From assembly GCF_001194135.2 (NCBI RefSeq), contig NC_068997.1, forward strand, positions 54,181,168 to 54,237,115: DNA of 55,948 nucleotides, in the 5' to 3' direction. A program made the position numbers and the translations under genes. This DNA comes from Octopus bimaculoides. Taxonomy: Eukaryota. Under the pieces are notes generated by a model that ran no database searches, was not told the DNA's origin, and worked only from the letters and a program-made list of their open reading frames with translations. Below, one piece after another: positions 26,849 through 40,039 of the stretch (positions within the stretch are counted from its first letter, which is position 1; each line of letters starts with the position of its first letter).

Positions 26849-28155
26849 CATATATATACATACAAACACAAGAAAAAAACAAAAACGCGAGGACGTGGTA
26901 CATGCAATGTATTAGCAGAGGCTCATGGAAAGAAAGAAAGGTGGTTTTATGTTTGGAGCAAGGCTCTTCTTCAGAAACAGGAGATAGAGGAAGCCCAAGA
27001 GAAAAGGAAGACGGAGGGAAAAAAATCGCCAACGATTCACATGTGGTTACATTTTGAAAAAAAACAACAAATATATATACGTGCATATATGTATGCATAT
27101 TTTTATATACACACAAGCGTATAAATATATACACAGTGATTTCAAAAGTATATGTACCCCAGGAGGTTTATTTTTAGTAGAAGAATAAAGTCATTTGATG
27201 CATTGAAATAGTTACTCTAATGTTTAGCAGACCTGTCATTATCAGCTTTTTTCCATTATTTAACCCGTTTGAGTATCTTAGTAACAAGTAGTGACTGCAC
27301 AGATAAAAGTGCAGAATGAGGGATGGTCTATATACATTTGAGATGTCTGTGTACATACACAAACACATGCCTAACACAGACACACAGACACACGGACACA
27401 CAGAAACACACACGCTGACACACATAAGAATATATACATACGTACATAAAACTACGCATGCATATATATATATGTATATATGTATATATATATATATATA
27501 TATACATATATACGTATATANNNNNNNNNNNNNNNNNNNNNNNNNNNNNNNNNNNNNNNNNNNNNNNNNNNNNNNNNNNNNNNNNNNNNNNNNNNNNNNN
27601 NNNNNNNNNNNNNNNNNNNNNNNNNNNNNNNNNNNNNNNNNNNNNNNNNNNNNNNNNNNNNNNNNNNNNNNNNNNNNNNNNNNNNNNNNNNNNNNNNNNN
27701 NNNNNNNNNNNNNNNNNNNNNNNNNNNNNNNNNNNNNNNNNNNNNNNNNNNNNNNNNNNNNNNNNNNNNNNNNNNNNNNNNNNNNNNNNNNNNNNNNNNN
27801 NNNNNNNNNNNNNNNNNNNNNNNNNNNNNNNNNNNNNNNNNNNNNNNNNNNNNNNNNNNNNNNNNNNNNNNNNNNNNNNNNNNNNNNNNNNNNNNNNNNN
27901 NNNNNNNNNNNNNNNNNNNNNNNNNNNNNNNNNNNNNNNNNNNNNNNNNNNNNNNNNNNNNNNNNNNNNNNNNNNNNNNNNNNNNNNNNNNNNNNNNNNN
28001 NNNNNNNNNNNNNNNNNNNNNNNNNNNNNNNNNNNNNNNNNNNNNNNNNNNNNNNNNNNNNNNNNNNNNNNNNNNNNNNNNNNNNNNNNNNNNATATATA
28101 CTGCAAGGATAACCCTCTTTATTTTCAACTGTCAATATAAAGTATTTATGATCCT

Positions 28156-28198
<43 letters not shown>

Positions 28199-29255
28199 GA
28201 ATTTTTATCCCCATTTTACTAAAAGTTTGTTTAAAATTTATTTTGATTATTTTTCATATCGTCATTAAAATCAATTTACCTCGTTTTACGTAGCTTCATT
28301 TTGCACGACCACTCGTGAAATCATCCTCCCGTGTAAATTGAGTAACAGCTGTATGTTTAGAAGTTTTGTGAGGGTACGGAAGTCACGTGAGATGAACTTA
28401 TGGTGGTGAGGTGACATAGAAATCGATATACCGTGTCTCAGTGAAGATAAAGCTGATGGATGTAAAGATGTGACATCGCATCGAAGGAGAAATCTGTTTA
28501 CTAATCTGAGCTACACGTTTTATATTCTTTTCGGTAGGTCGTACCTATATATGATATAAAAAATAAAGCTAAACCCGTTTCGGCCGGTAAGGCTGCAGGA
28601 TTCTATGACGTAATATTATATTCAAAACTTCTATATAAAAGCCGACAAAATACTGGCAGCGAAACAGTATATAATTACGATGTGCACATAAAAGGATTAT
28701 TTAACGTTTCGGATTGGAGATCTTCATCAAGTACAGAAAATAGAAGAAATGAAAATGTGAAAGGACATTTACGTGAAACAGTATGGCTTACCTGGAGACC
28801 TGTTGGATATATGAAAGAGACGAAATTTATAGAATAGAGGCGTGTTAAATGTGTTTTTATAGTAAAATAAGGGAGCAAAGATGGCATATGGTAATGTCAG
28901 TCGGTTTGCCATGAGGTGATTAATGATATATATAGTGTTGGTTGAGTCAGTCTCTCGGTACTTTGAGCTTAACCTGTAGGTGCAGAAGATCATCAGGCAA
29001 GTTGTGGTCTATCAAAAGAACTTGTCCAACGAGAGATAACGCTCAGCGGAAAAAAAACTGCCAGACACATAAAATGTGTTTTTTGCGTGTGTATGTGTAT
29101 TAGGACGTGAGTGTGTATTTATGTATAGGTAGGTAGATATGTATATGAGTGTTAGTATGTGTGATTATGCATGTACATATATAAATACATACATATACAT
29201 ATGTATATAAGTGTATATATAAATACATATATATACATATGTATATATATGTATA

Positions 29256-29333
<78 letters not shown>

Positions 29334-29412
29334 CATACATACATACATACATACATACACATTCTGGTAGATAGATAGATAGATAGAAAGAGAGAGAGAG
29401 AGAGAGAGGGAG

Positions 29413-29462
<50 letters not shown>

Positions 29463-29630
29463 GTAAACCTATTTAAACATAGATTCAGACATTAGTTTAT
29501 TGTAACGATTGTTGTTGTTATTTATCCGCAAGACGGTTACCCGCCAAGAAACATGATTCAATTCAATTCAGCTGTGGTCATCCGGTATATTTTGTTCACT
29601 TTTTATCTAAGAATATATTTGTATTCTGTC

Positions 29631-29700
29631 AAAAAGACAGTTAGATGCGCCACGAGGAAGATCAGACTACTATTTATAGCAGGTCGAGCGACGAGCTACA
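29631..29700 (-). repeat. Family D repeat copy
   Basis: The reverse complement is gtcgctcgacctgctataaatagtagtctgatcttcctcgtggcgcatctaactgtcttttt. Confidence 0.6.
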
Positions 29701-30929
29701 GAGTACCTTTTCTTTTACAAAACATCTACTTAAAAAAAAAAACAACGTAATTCCGGCTTTGTTTACATCATTCTTTTATTATTCCTTGCGTAATTTGTCT
29801 TGATTTTATTAAATACACTTTCCTTAGTTTTGTGCCAAATTAATTTTTTAATTCAATAGAAAACTATCGATACACAACAAAGACTCACCACTCTGAAAAA
29901 GAAATTCCCAACAAAAAATTTCCAGAATAATAACTTTAATCCATTATGTAAAACAAATAACCGACAATCTCACTGTGATTCAAAAACGCCTCGTAATTAA
30001 TATTAAATGTATTTTTTTTCTAAACTTCTACATGAAAGAGTAAACAAAAAATTAAGTATAAATCAAAGAATAAAAGAATGTCAGGCTATTTTTTTGTTTT
30101 ATCTCTTTACATTGAAAATAAATTAGAGTGCAAGTGCTTATCAGAAAAGAGACAAAGAATCGTCTGTAGTTTAAAGAATAATCCGCAATGTTGGATAAAA
30201 GGAGCAAAGATTAAGAATGCATTCAAAGGCAAACATTATTTCATAATATTATAAAACATTATATAACACAAAAAGCCTGACCTGATAATGACGAGTTGGG
30301 CGAAAAGGAGAGAATAACAAACTTATATTTATATATGTAAGCACATAAATGTAGGGTTGTTATGCAAGTATATCGTACGTATAAATATCTATGTATGCGT
30401 GTGTGCCTGTCTGTCTGTGTGTTGCTTGTGTATAGACAAATATATGCACATATATGTCGACACACATATATATATATTTATATAGTTATATATATATTGT
30501 GCGTGTGTATATATACATATAAACGTATATTGTATGCATTAATATATATAGTTTTTTTTTAATTATTTTCACTATAGACTTCCATTTAATTTTGTATATC
30601 TTTATCGAAAGATCGATTCCATTATGTTATCAATGAAAAGTATGGCAATGCGTGTTACTTTGGCTTGTGTTGCTCACAGCGAAACTGTTTTCAGTTGAAA
30701 CAAGAATTCAAATTGGTTTAATAAAGATTAAGATATTTTCTTGAATATATTTCACTTGAATAATAACGCAAATAAGAAAACAGAAAACAAAGGCCTAATA
30801 TGCATATATACATCTATGTGTGTGAATGTGCATGTGTGTGCGTCGGTGTGTGTGCGTATGTGTGTCCGTGTGTGCGTGTGTATGAGTGTGTATGCGGAAG
30901 TATGTATGATATATATATGCATGCATGTA

Positions 30930-30982
<53 letters not shown>

Positions 30983-31179
30983 GTATGCATGTATGTAAGA
31001 TATAATATATATGCGTATGATATATACGTATTATATATGTATTGTATGTATGTATTCATGTGTACATATNNNNNNNNNNCGATTCTAATTGTTTGTCATT
31101 CAGATAACACGATTGATTGTTTTGGCTGCGAGCTAATACTTATCAGCTTGAATGAAATTCTTGCAGGTAATTAATATAT

Positions 31180-31295
<116 letters not shown>

Positions 31296-32796
31296 CTTAT
31301 ATGTGCATATATACATATTCATACCCACACGCATACACACAGTCGCAGACACACCCACACACCCACACACTCATAAACATATATATGTAAAAGAGTATCG
31401 ATAATTTTTAGATACATATGCAGAAGTTAGATATTCCTGTATTATGCATCTAAAGTTGTGCATATGTGCTTAGATTTATGTGAAGAGTTCGCTTTGTAAG
31501 CACGTTCCAATCACAATGTGATCTCCTTTATGATCTTTGGATGTAATATTTTTCTAATTATATTAATAGCATATAATCATCTCTCACCTGACTTTGCTAC
31601 ATTTTCTTAGAATTGTTTAACGTTTTTCTCTCTACTAGTAACCTTTCTATCGTGATCGGCTTATTTTGTTTTATCTCACGCATATTTTAGCAAAAACCTA
31701 TCGTAGTGAGGCATGCAGACATGTCATCACATAGTAAGGTCATCGGTGAAATTTTAGATACCTGTTTAGTATAGTCGTAGAAAGGTACAAGCTTTGAGAG
31801 TTAAACTGGATCAACAGAAATTGTATGGACCATACCGACTGGGCTATATATTAGTCAATCAAAATATTGGATTCACTGAATATGTTACATAATTGAATAC
31901 TCAGTCACTTTCCCTATAATTCAATCAGCTGTGTTATGGTGGTAACAAATTACCGTCTAAATATGCACGTAATCTATCGCCGACAAGAAGGATTTGAAAC
32001 TACGACTGCAATATAAAATATGCTCATCCAGTCTCACTTCTTCCCATTATTGTTGAAGTACCTTCATAATAGTATATTTTAAGCAAATTCTTTCGTTGAG
32101 TATCCTTTGAAAATCGATACTCTTAAAGTTTTATTCTAAACTATCTCCAAATTATTGCGTTTATATTTACTATTATTTCCGTTTTATAATATTATCCGCA
32201 GATTTATAATTCGTGCACACAATGGATTTGAACTTGAAACTCACATATCTTAAGAATGGCTACAAGCAATGATTTATGAAGAGAGAGGTGAATGTAAAGT
32301 AAATGCGGTTCAATTTTAGTATATTTAGCATCGATGGTTCTCAGTCTTAGAAACCATTTCAATCTGATATGATCGCGAGATTTGCAGATTATGTTATCAA
32401 TATGTGCTGCTGTATGTACTACATCTTCGACTTGCTCTATAGTAAGGAAATGGCATTTATATAATGGTGGAAGCAGAGTAGACTCTCAGAAATATCAAAG
32501 AAATGCTACTTACTGCATTTCCTGATAACCCACGCAGCAAGGTTAATTCTGATCTCAGCAACAAAATGGCTGTCATCACTGAAAGATAAACATTTAGATA
32601 GCCTTCACCGCACCACTGAATGTGTATGCGACGGTGGCGTCGTTGCATATATGTTTATACACTTTGTTGAGGCGAAGTCGTTTAGAGTTCAAAATCAACT
32701 AGAGGCAATGATTCTTTCCTTTTGCAGGACAACAATAAAAATCTGAGCGGAAAGCTGTTTCTGAATGGCCTCAATATTCCGCAACATTATTGCCTT

Positions 32797-32852
<56 letters not shown>

Positions 32853-33080
32853 TTTCTTTCTCTAGTAAAATATACATAGAGATGTAAATATGCATTTGGG
32901 TTGAAAAAGCTGCATATGTTGGGTCAGATGCCTGCAAATATTTTCTGTAACATCAATTTAGAAATTTACATTCGCAACTGATCGGGAAAAGGGAGTCACA
33001 TCTTTTTTCTCTTCTCTCTGAAAAAATGATATCGGCCAGAATTTCCATGGTTATCTGTTGTGTTAGTAAGTATATATTCA

Positions 33081-33517
33081 GAGGCGGTGAGCTGACAGAA
33101 TCGTTAGCACGCCGGGCGAAATGCTTAACGGTAGTTTGTCTGTCTTTACGTTCTGAGTTCAAATTCCGCCGAGGTCGACTTTACCGTTCATCCCTTTCGG
33201 AGTCAATAAATTAAGTACCAGTTACGTACTGGTGTCGATCTAATCGACTGCCCCACTCCCCAAACATTTCGACCCTTGTGCCCAGAGTAGGAAAGAATAA
33301 GACAGCGAGCGGACAAAATCGTTAGCACGTCTGCGAAAACGCTTAGCAACATTTTGTCTGTCTTTACGTTCTGAGATCAAATTCTACCGAGGTCGACTTT
33401 GACTGTCATCTTTTCGGGATCAATAAATTAAGTACCAGCTGCATACTGGGAATCAAATTTAGCAACTTACTCCTTCCCCGAAATTGCTGGCCTTGAGCCA
33501 AAATTTGAGATCAATAT
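33081..33517 (+). mobile_element. Head-to-tail pair of family A SINEs (33081-33300 and 33301-33517) enclosed by one 11-bp direct repeat
   Basis: Both monomers are near full length and have different tails (CCTTGTGCCCAGAGTAGGAAAG and CCTTGAGCCAAAATTTGAGATC). GTATATATTCA occurs at 33070-33080 and 33518-33528. Confidence 0.9.
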
Positions 33518-33557
33518 GTATATATTCAAGAATATATATATATATATAAATAAATAA

Positions 33558-33590
<33 letters not shown>

Positions 33591-33876
33591 NNNNNNNNNN
33601 NNNNNNNNNNNNNNNNNNNNNNNNNNNNNNNNNNNNNNNNNNNNNNNNNNNNNNNNNNNNNNNNNNNNNNNNNNNNNNNNNNNNNNNNNNNNNNNNNNNN
33701 NNNNNNNNNNNNNNNNNNNNNNNNNNNNNNNNNNNNNNNNNNNNNNNNNNNNNNNNNNNNNNNNNNNNNNNNNNNNNNNNNNNNNNNNNNNNNNNNNNNN
33801 NNNNNNNNNNNNNNNNNNNNNNNNNNNNNNNNNNNNNNNNNNNNNNNNNNNNNNNNNNNNNNNNNNNNNNNNNNNN

Positions 33877-33937
<61 letters not shown>

Positions 33938-34594
33938 CAATTATCAGCCTCACGAAGAGTTTTGTCCCAAAACGTTAGACTTTGCTTTTCCTCTACAACA
34001 AAATCATGCAGTGAACTATGTATACTTAATAGTAACCACTATCAGTAGTTCGGTCGGAATTTCATTAATTCACGCCATGGATAGTAAGTATTATGCGTGG
34101 AGAAAAAGTCAATATTTATATTTTATGATTCTCGTAAACATAAAATACTAAATAAATAAACACTATCAGTTCCATCTCACAAGATTTAATACTGGTCTTT
34201 GTGGAGACATATTAATACAGTTCCAGAAGAATGTCAAACTGAAAATTCGAAAAAGAAAAAGAAGAAAAATGCGAAGCGCCATCCTCTCCATCGGAGATCA
34301 ATTAAATTGGAAGAAATGATATAAACGATTCCAGATCTGATCAGTGATTCTGATGTAAGAGCAAACCATGTTTGATAAACGATGCGAATGTTCAATAAAA
34401 TGTTATTTGTCAACATAATGGAATAAATAAATTTGAAGTAAGATAGGAATTGTATTTATTTGTTTCTACAGTTCCGACATGTCTACCAATAAGTTCCACT
34501 GTATCTCGTGCGTCCGTTTCTATTTTATTTATCTTTTAATTGCAACCGAATTCCAAAAGAATTAATCATACAAATATATTCTGGAAATGCATCG

Positions 34595-34595
<1 letters not shown>

Positions 34596-34674
<79 letters not shown>

Positions 34675-34685
34675 TGATGATGATG

Positions 34686-34746
<61 letters not shown>
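34596..34746. repeat. (AAT)n/(GAT)n microsatellite forming the 3' tail of the adjacent SINE
   Basis: Directly abuts the 3' end of the minus-strand SINE at 34748. Confidence 0.9.
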
Positions 34747-34747
<1 letters not shown>

Positions 34748-34750
<3 letters not shown>

Positions 34751-34860
34751 CCTTTCTACTATAGGCACAAGGCCTGAAATTTTTGTGGGAGGGGGATTAT
34801 TGATTACATCGACCCCAGTGTTTCACTGGTACTCAATTTATTGATCCCGAAACGATGGAA
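34748..34860 (-). mobile_element. Family A SINE, 5'-truncated
   Basis: The reverse complement is tttcgggatcaataaattgagtaccagtgaaacactggggtcgatgtaatc...atttcaggccttgtgcctatagtagaaagg. Confidence 0.9.
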
Positions 34861-35206
34861 TTACCAGCCCAGGAAGTTTGAATGGCAAGCTTGTCCGCGT
34901 CAGAGTTTGACCTGAGATCGCAAAAGAACCGGAATAAATAGCTAAAGGCATTTTTCGACGAATAATTATAATAGATAGTTTTGTTGCTAAGGGATTTTAA
35001 TTTCTTTTCAATGTTTAACATATCACGTGAGAAGACGCCTCATTAAGTAATATATATCCATATTATATATATGTATAACATAATATCTATCTATCTGTGT
35101 ATCTCTCTCTATATATATATGTATATATACACACACACATACGTACATATACGTGATACAATGTGTATATATACGCATACATATATATATAATACACTTA
35201 TGTTCA

Positions 35207-35250
<44 letters not shown>

Positions 35251-35439
35251 TTCGTGTAGTTGTTAGAGCGAGATCGATTCCATTTATGTTGCAATTAATC
35301 GACTTAATTATTTATATGATCGATAGTTTTTTTTTTTTGCTAATAAAATAACGAAAAAAAAAAATCAGCACACACCTAATATAACTTTTTGCCTTAATCT
35401 TTCTATGTTTTTGCATTTATTTTTTGAATATATTTCTCA

Positions 35440-35469
35440 CTATTATAAATTTTATTTTCTTTATTACAG
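35440..35469 (+). promoter_or_regulatory. Probable 3' splice acceptor upstream of the GPCR coding exon
   Basis: A long T-rich tract ends in TTATTACAG|G at 35469/35470. Phase 1 relative to the GPCR frame. Confidence 0.55.
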
Positions 35470-35516
35470 GCGCTGACTTTTCTAATAAAAACCCATCTCT
35501 CAACTCTCCAAGGAAC

Positions 35517-36581
35517 ATGCTTTCTGTCCTGGAGATATACGAAAGCCTGCCATCATGGCCGTTTCTGATGTTGTTTATACTTTATATCTGCGTGGCTGTT
35601 ACCGGAAACGTTGCTGTTATCATTGTTGTTGTATCCCGGAAATATATGAGGACTCCCGCAAATTTATATATATCTTCCTTGTCGTTTGCCGATCTAATAA
35701 TTGCTCTTGTAGTCATTGGCAACACTGCGAAAAGCTTCAGCAAAATATATTTAGAGTATAGTATATACCGTTGTGTATTGGTTCCATATTTCGAAGTGGT
35801 GGCCATATCAGCAAGTGTGTTGTCGTTAATGGCCATTACTGTTGATCGGTACCAAGCTGTTTTGCAAAAAAGAGTCAGTAAAACTCCTTTGAAATTCGCC
35901 GCCAAAATCGTTGGATTAGTCTGGCTGTCGGCCGTCCTCTATGGTCTTCGAGTCATCCCTCAGTTCTACAGCAAGCTGAAGTCTTCCGATGATACAGAAC
36001 ATCAGAACAGAACCAGCTCAAATCCCCCATCGAAAGATAACAACGCCAGGGATGAATTGTCTGACCACAATGGCAACACTTCAGGTATTCCCCGATGGTC
36101 ATGTGACTTCTTCATGGAAGAAGACGAAACGGATATGGTATTCCGGTTTTTCGATTTTCTCATTCTCTTCGTTGTGCCTTTCATAGCAATGATCGTGATG
36201 TACGGACGCATTATATCAACCCTATGGCGAAAGAAAATACCCGTTGGTACCGGCCTTCGAAGAAAGCGAAGAGTCGCTAAGATGCTTCTGATAAGTGTTC
36301 TTGTCTTCATGATCTGCTGGGTACCGTTTTATGTGCAGGAATTTGTTGGTGACGGTATGATAATGACTGGAAAACATGTCGATAGAAATGTATTGGCAGC
36401 ATTCCGAATAATATTCATTCTGGTTTCATTTGCCAACTGCTGTTTAAATCCGGTTATTTACGCCTATTATAACAACAATTTTCGATACGAGCTGAAATAT
36501 ATGATTAGACAGAAAAATAAAGATCAAAGACATAAACATACATTCCAAGTGACACCAACAAGCAGTAGAAACGGTATATGA
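35517..36581 (+). CDS. Class A (rhodopsin-like) GPCR, peptide-receptor type (orexin/allatotropin, QRFP or CCK-like neighbourhood), 354 aa from the first ATG
   Basis: Seven hydrophobic segments with GN (TM1), LSFAD (TM2), C3.25 and DRY (TM3), W4.50, an ECL2 Cys (WSCDF), FVVP...Y (TM5), CWVP (TM6), NPVIY (TM7) and helix 8 (NNNFRYELK). The frame is uninterrupted. The N-terminus may be extended by an upstream exon. The subfamily cannot be assigned without a search. Confidence 0.93.
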   Translation: MLSVLEIYESLPSWPFLMLFILYICVAVTGNVAVIIVVVSRKYMRTPANLYISSLSFADLIIALVVIGNTAKSFSKIYLEYSIYRCVLVPYFEVVAISASVLSLMAITVDRYQAVLQKRVSKTPLKFAAKIVGLVWLSAVLYGLRVIPQFYSKLKSSDDTEHQNRTSSNPPSKDNNARDELSDHNGNTSGIPRWSCDFFMEEDETDMVFRFFDFLILFVVPFIAMIVMYGRIISTLWRKKIPVGTGLRRKRRVAKMLLISVLVFMICWVPFYVQEFVGDGMIMTGKHVDRNVLAAFRIIFILVSFANCCLNPVIYAYYNNNFRYELKYMIRQKNKDQRHKHTFQVTPTSSRNGI

Positions 36582-36808
36582 AAGAGAATGGTAGACTTGA
36601 AATAACTTCAACATCACACAAACACACACACACACACACACACTCACACATACACATGAATAACAAAGGGTGTATACATAACAGTTGTTTAGCCAAATAG
36701 ATGTATTGATTCCTTATAAATGTGTGTTTTATGTGTATACGATGTTTATATGTGAGATAGTGTGCCTCAGTTTATATATATACATACATATATAGATGCA
36801 TACACACA

Positions 36809-36886
<78 letters not shown>

Positions 36887-37039
36887 CACACAATGAGTGA
36901 AAGAGTTGGATAGAGAGCAGGAAGCTTGTGCCCGCAAACAAACAAACATACACGCACACAACGCACAGATAACAAAGGAAATGTATGTTTGCATGTGTGT
37001 GCGTTTATATATACGTGCTTGTGCAGGTGTAAGTATGCC

Positions 37040-37076
<37 letters not shown>

Positions 37077-37086
37077 TATATACACC

Positions 37087-37125
<39 letters not shown>

Positions 37126-37205
37126 TATATACATANNNNNNNNNNNNNNNNNNNNNNNNNNNNNNNNNNNNNNNNNNNNNNNNNNNNNNNNNNNNNNNNN
37201 NNNNN

Positions 37206-37247
<42 letters not shown>

Positions 37248-37664
37248 GACATGCATGCGTATGACTTACGTATGTACAAGTAAATATATGTTTATTTAGT
37301 TGTGTGTGTATTTACATATTTGTGTGGAGGTGAGTGTACTTCTGTGTGTGTGTGTGTGTGTGTGTATACCAGGACGGCTTACACAAACAAGATTAAAGCG
37401 ATATGTATTATGTATATCTGAACATTGGCAAATAGAGAAGGAAGAATTTCGCTACCACACACATACGCAAATATATGCATACGTAAATACATTTACACAT
37501 AAATGATATATATGTGTGTGTGAATGTATACACACACACACACCCACATACATACTGCTTATGTATACGTAGACATACAAATGTATATAACATTTCTCTC
37601 GCTCTTATACACACACACACACACACACGCACACGCACACACATACACTCACACACACACACAC

Positions 37665-37711
<47 letters not shown>

Positions 37712-38039
37712 TAAATACATAGGAATACATAAGTACATAGGCATTCGTGTCACGGTATGGCATTTTATGTGACAATCAACAAGGCTTAAAAATAAAGATT
37801 TTTGATGGAAGTAATCATACATTGAATGGTTGAGCTGTGCAAACATTGATCCATATTAAAGGTTTGTGCTTCTGACAGGAAAATATTGTTGTTTCGGTGG
37901 TGGTGTGGGGATTGAAAGTTGAAGAAACATAGAAAGGGTTTTGAATATGGATATGTTTCTTGTATGCATTATACACACAATTTTAAAGGTTTCAATTTCA
38001 TATGTGTATTCAGATATGAGTGTATATACATACATATAC

Positions 38040-38074
<35 letters not shown>

Positions 38075-38167
38075 NNNNNNNNNNNNNNNNNNNNNNNNNN
38101 NNNNNNNNNNNNNNNNNNNNNNNNNNNNNNNNNNNNNNNNNNNNNNNNNNNNNNNNNNNNNNNNNNN

Positions 38168-38207
<40 letters not shown>

Positions 38208-39851
38208 TTTGTATGTATGCACATGTATGTGTGCGAGTGTCTATGTATGCACGCACGTATGTACGTATATATATATATATGCATGTCTGCATGTATGCAT
38301 CTATGCATCTATGCATGTAAGCACGTATGTATGTATGCATGCATGCATGCATGTATGTAAAAACCGATGATTCATTCCCTAGTCACTTCAACATTCACTG
38401 TCTGTAGTCATTCAGGATTCTTGGACACTTATAACCAAAAGAAACTCTGCGGGTACCTTGTTCTTATGACTGACTTGATGAACGTCAATGCTTTCTTTTG
38501 ACTTTTCTAGAAATCAAAAGGATTTCATCAACAGCAATGAGTATGGCTTCCTTTTTTGATGGTGACAAGGGAATCGTTCGCATTTGCACCTCTGAAATAT
38601 TTCCATTCTCCTTCCTTTATTTAAATTGACATTTATCGAAAGTTTACGATCGTGGATGCAATAAAAATCGTTTGTGTAACCATTTTCTTTGTTTATTGTG
38701 AAAATGCTATGAAAAATGCTTCAACAGAGCACACAACATTCATCATTTTTGTCTCTCGATATAACGCTGCATTTATTTTGGAAGTTTTTTTCAATATCTC
38801 AAGAAAATATGTTGCCTAACAAAAGGGTTGAAAATGTAGAGAGCATGTGAACACAAAGTGAAAGTATTTTTAAAGAAATTTCAAACGAAATCTAGCAACT
38901 GTCCAAAGATAGTTATTGTAACGCTGTTACTCGTCTGTCATTATTGTAGTATGGCAACTATTTATAACGATACTAGTTTACACTATAACCGTGTAGCAAC
39001 AATAAACATATAACGAAGCAGAGTAACAACAACGTAACAATCCAACAAACTCTCCACAAACTACACAAGAAACAACAAGCGATATTCCGACAATCTATCA
39101 AAACGACACCTGACGACTTCCAGCGATCAACGCCTACTTTCTCTGTCTTGCATTCAACCCACCATTGTTGATAGTCGTTTAATCCAGTCTATTCTCGCAG
39201 GGGGTGTCGCGACTCTCGCCACAACAATAGTCATTTATAAAACAAATTTACGATGAAGAATGCGTACAGTTGGGGCCAGCATTTTTACACTGAGGTTTGC
39301 GATACATCAATTAAGCAATATAAGCTAGGTATCTGTAGCATTTCTATCTTAATTTTCCGTCACTGCATTCAAACTTGTAATGGCAGAATGAATACATGGA
39401 ACTCCAAAATTTTGACATTTAGCTTCTACCAAACCGAAAATGAGCACTAAAATTTATGACGCACTGAGGTTAGCCATTTGGCAATGGTATTTAAGAATCG
39501 GTAACGCTTCACTCTGCCAATTGCTTTTTCAGATTTGTTTTCCTTGTACTTAAAATTAACAAATTGAACGAAACCCGAGGATCGGTAGAACGACTCATTG
39601 ATTATCATAAAAATGACGAAACAAAAATAAACAAACTCTACGTCAATGTGTTGTGTGTCTTTTATACGTTGGCATCACCATACCTTGATATATATACATA
39701 TATGTATGTATGTGTGTGTGTGTGTGCGTATGTGTGTGTGTGTGTGTATATTTATATATTTATATATATATATACATATATGAATGTATATATATATATA
39801 TGTATGCATATATATATGTATATATCTATGTATATATTTTTATTAGATACA

Positions 39852-39902
<51 letters not shown>

Positions 39903-40039
39903 TATATAACTATATACCTATGCCTATACATATAAATGTATATANNNNNNNNNNNNNNNNNNNNNNNATATATATGATTGACCGTTGACTGAACACTATT
40001 CAATTTTTTTTCTCCGTGGTTTTCTCCTTGTCTCCGTAT

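Noticed and set aside
28570-28810. TATA plus CRE-like promoter (28607-28643), a third hammerhead-like GAAACGG (about 28575) and an 8-nt minus-strand microexon (about 28792-28799)
   Set aside because: Each is a short motif expected by chance in AT-rich DNA, with no independent support.
35424-35516. 385-aa GPCR start at the TTG in the ORF track
   Set aside because: The first 15 codons are the T-rich tract of a probable splice acceptor. The first ATG is at 35517.
38380-38620. Possible minus-strand exon (VQMRTIPLSPSKKEAILIAVDEILLISRKVKRKH)
   Set aside because: Short, unrecognised and without supporting neighbouring exons.
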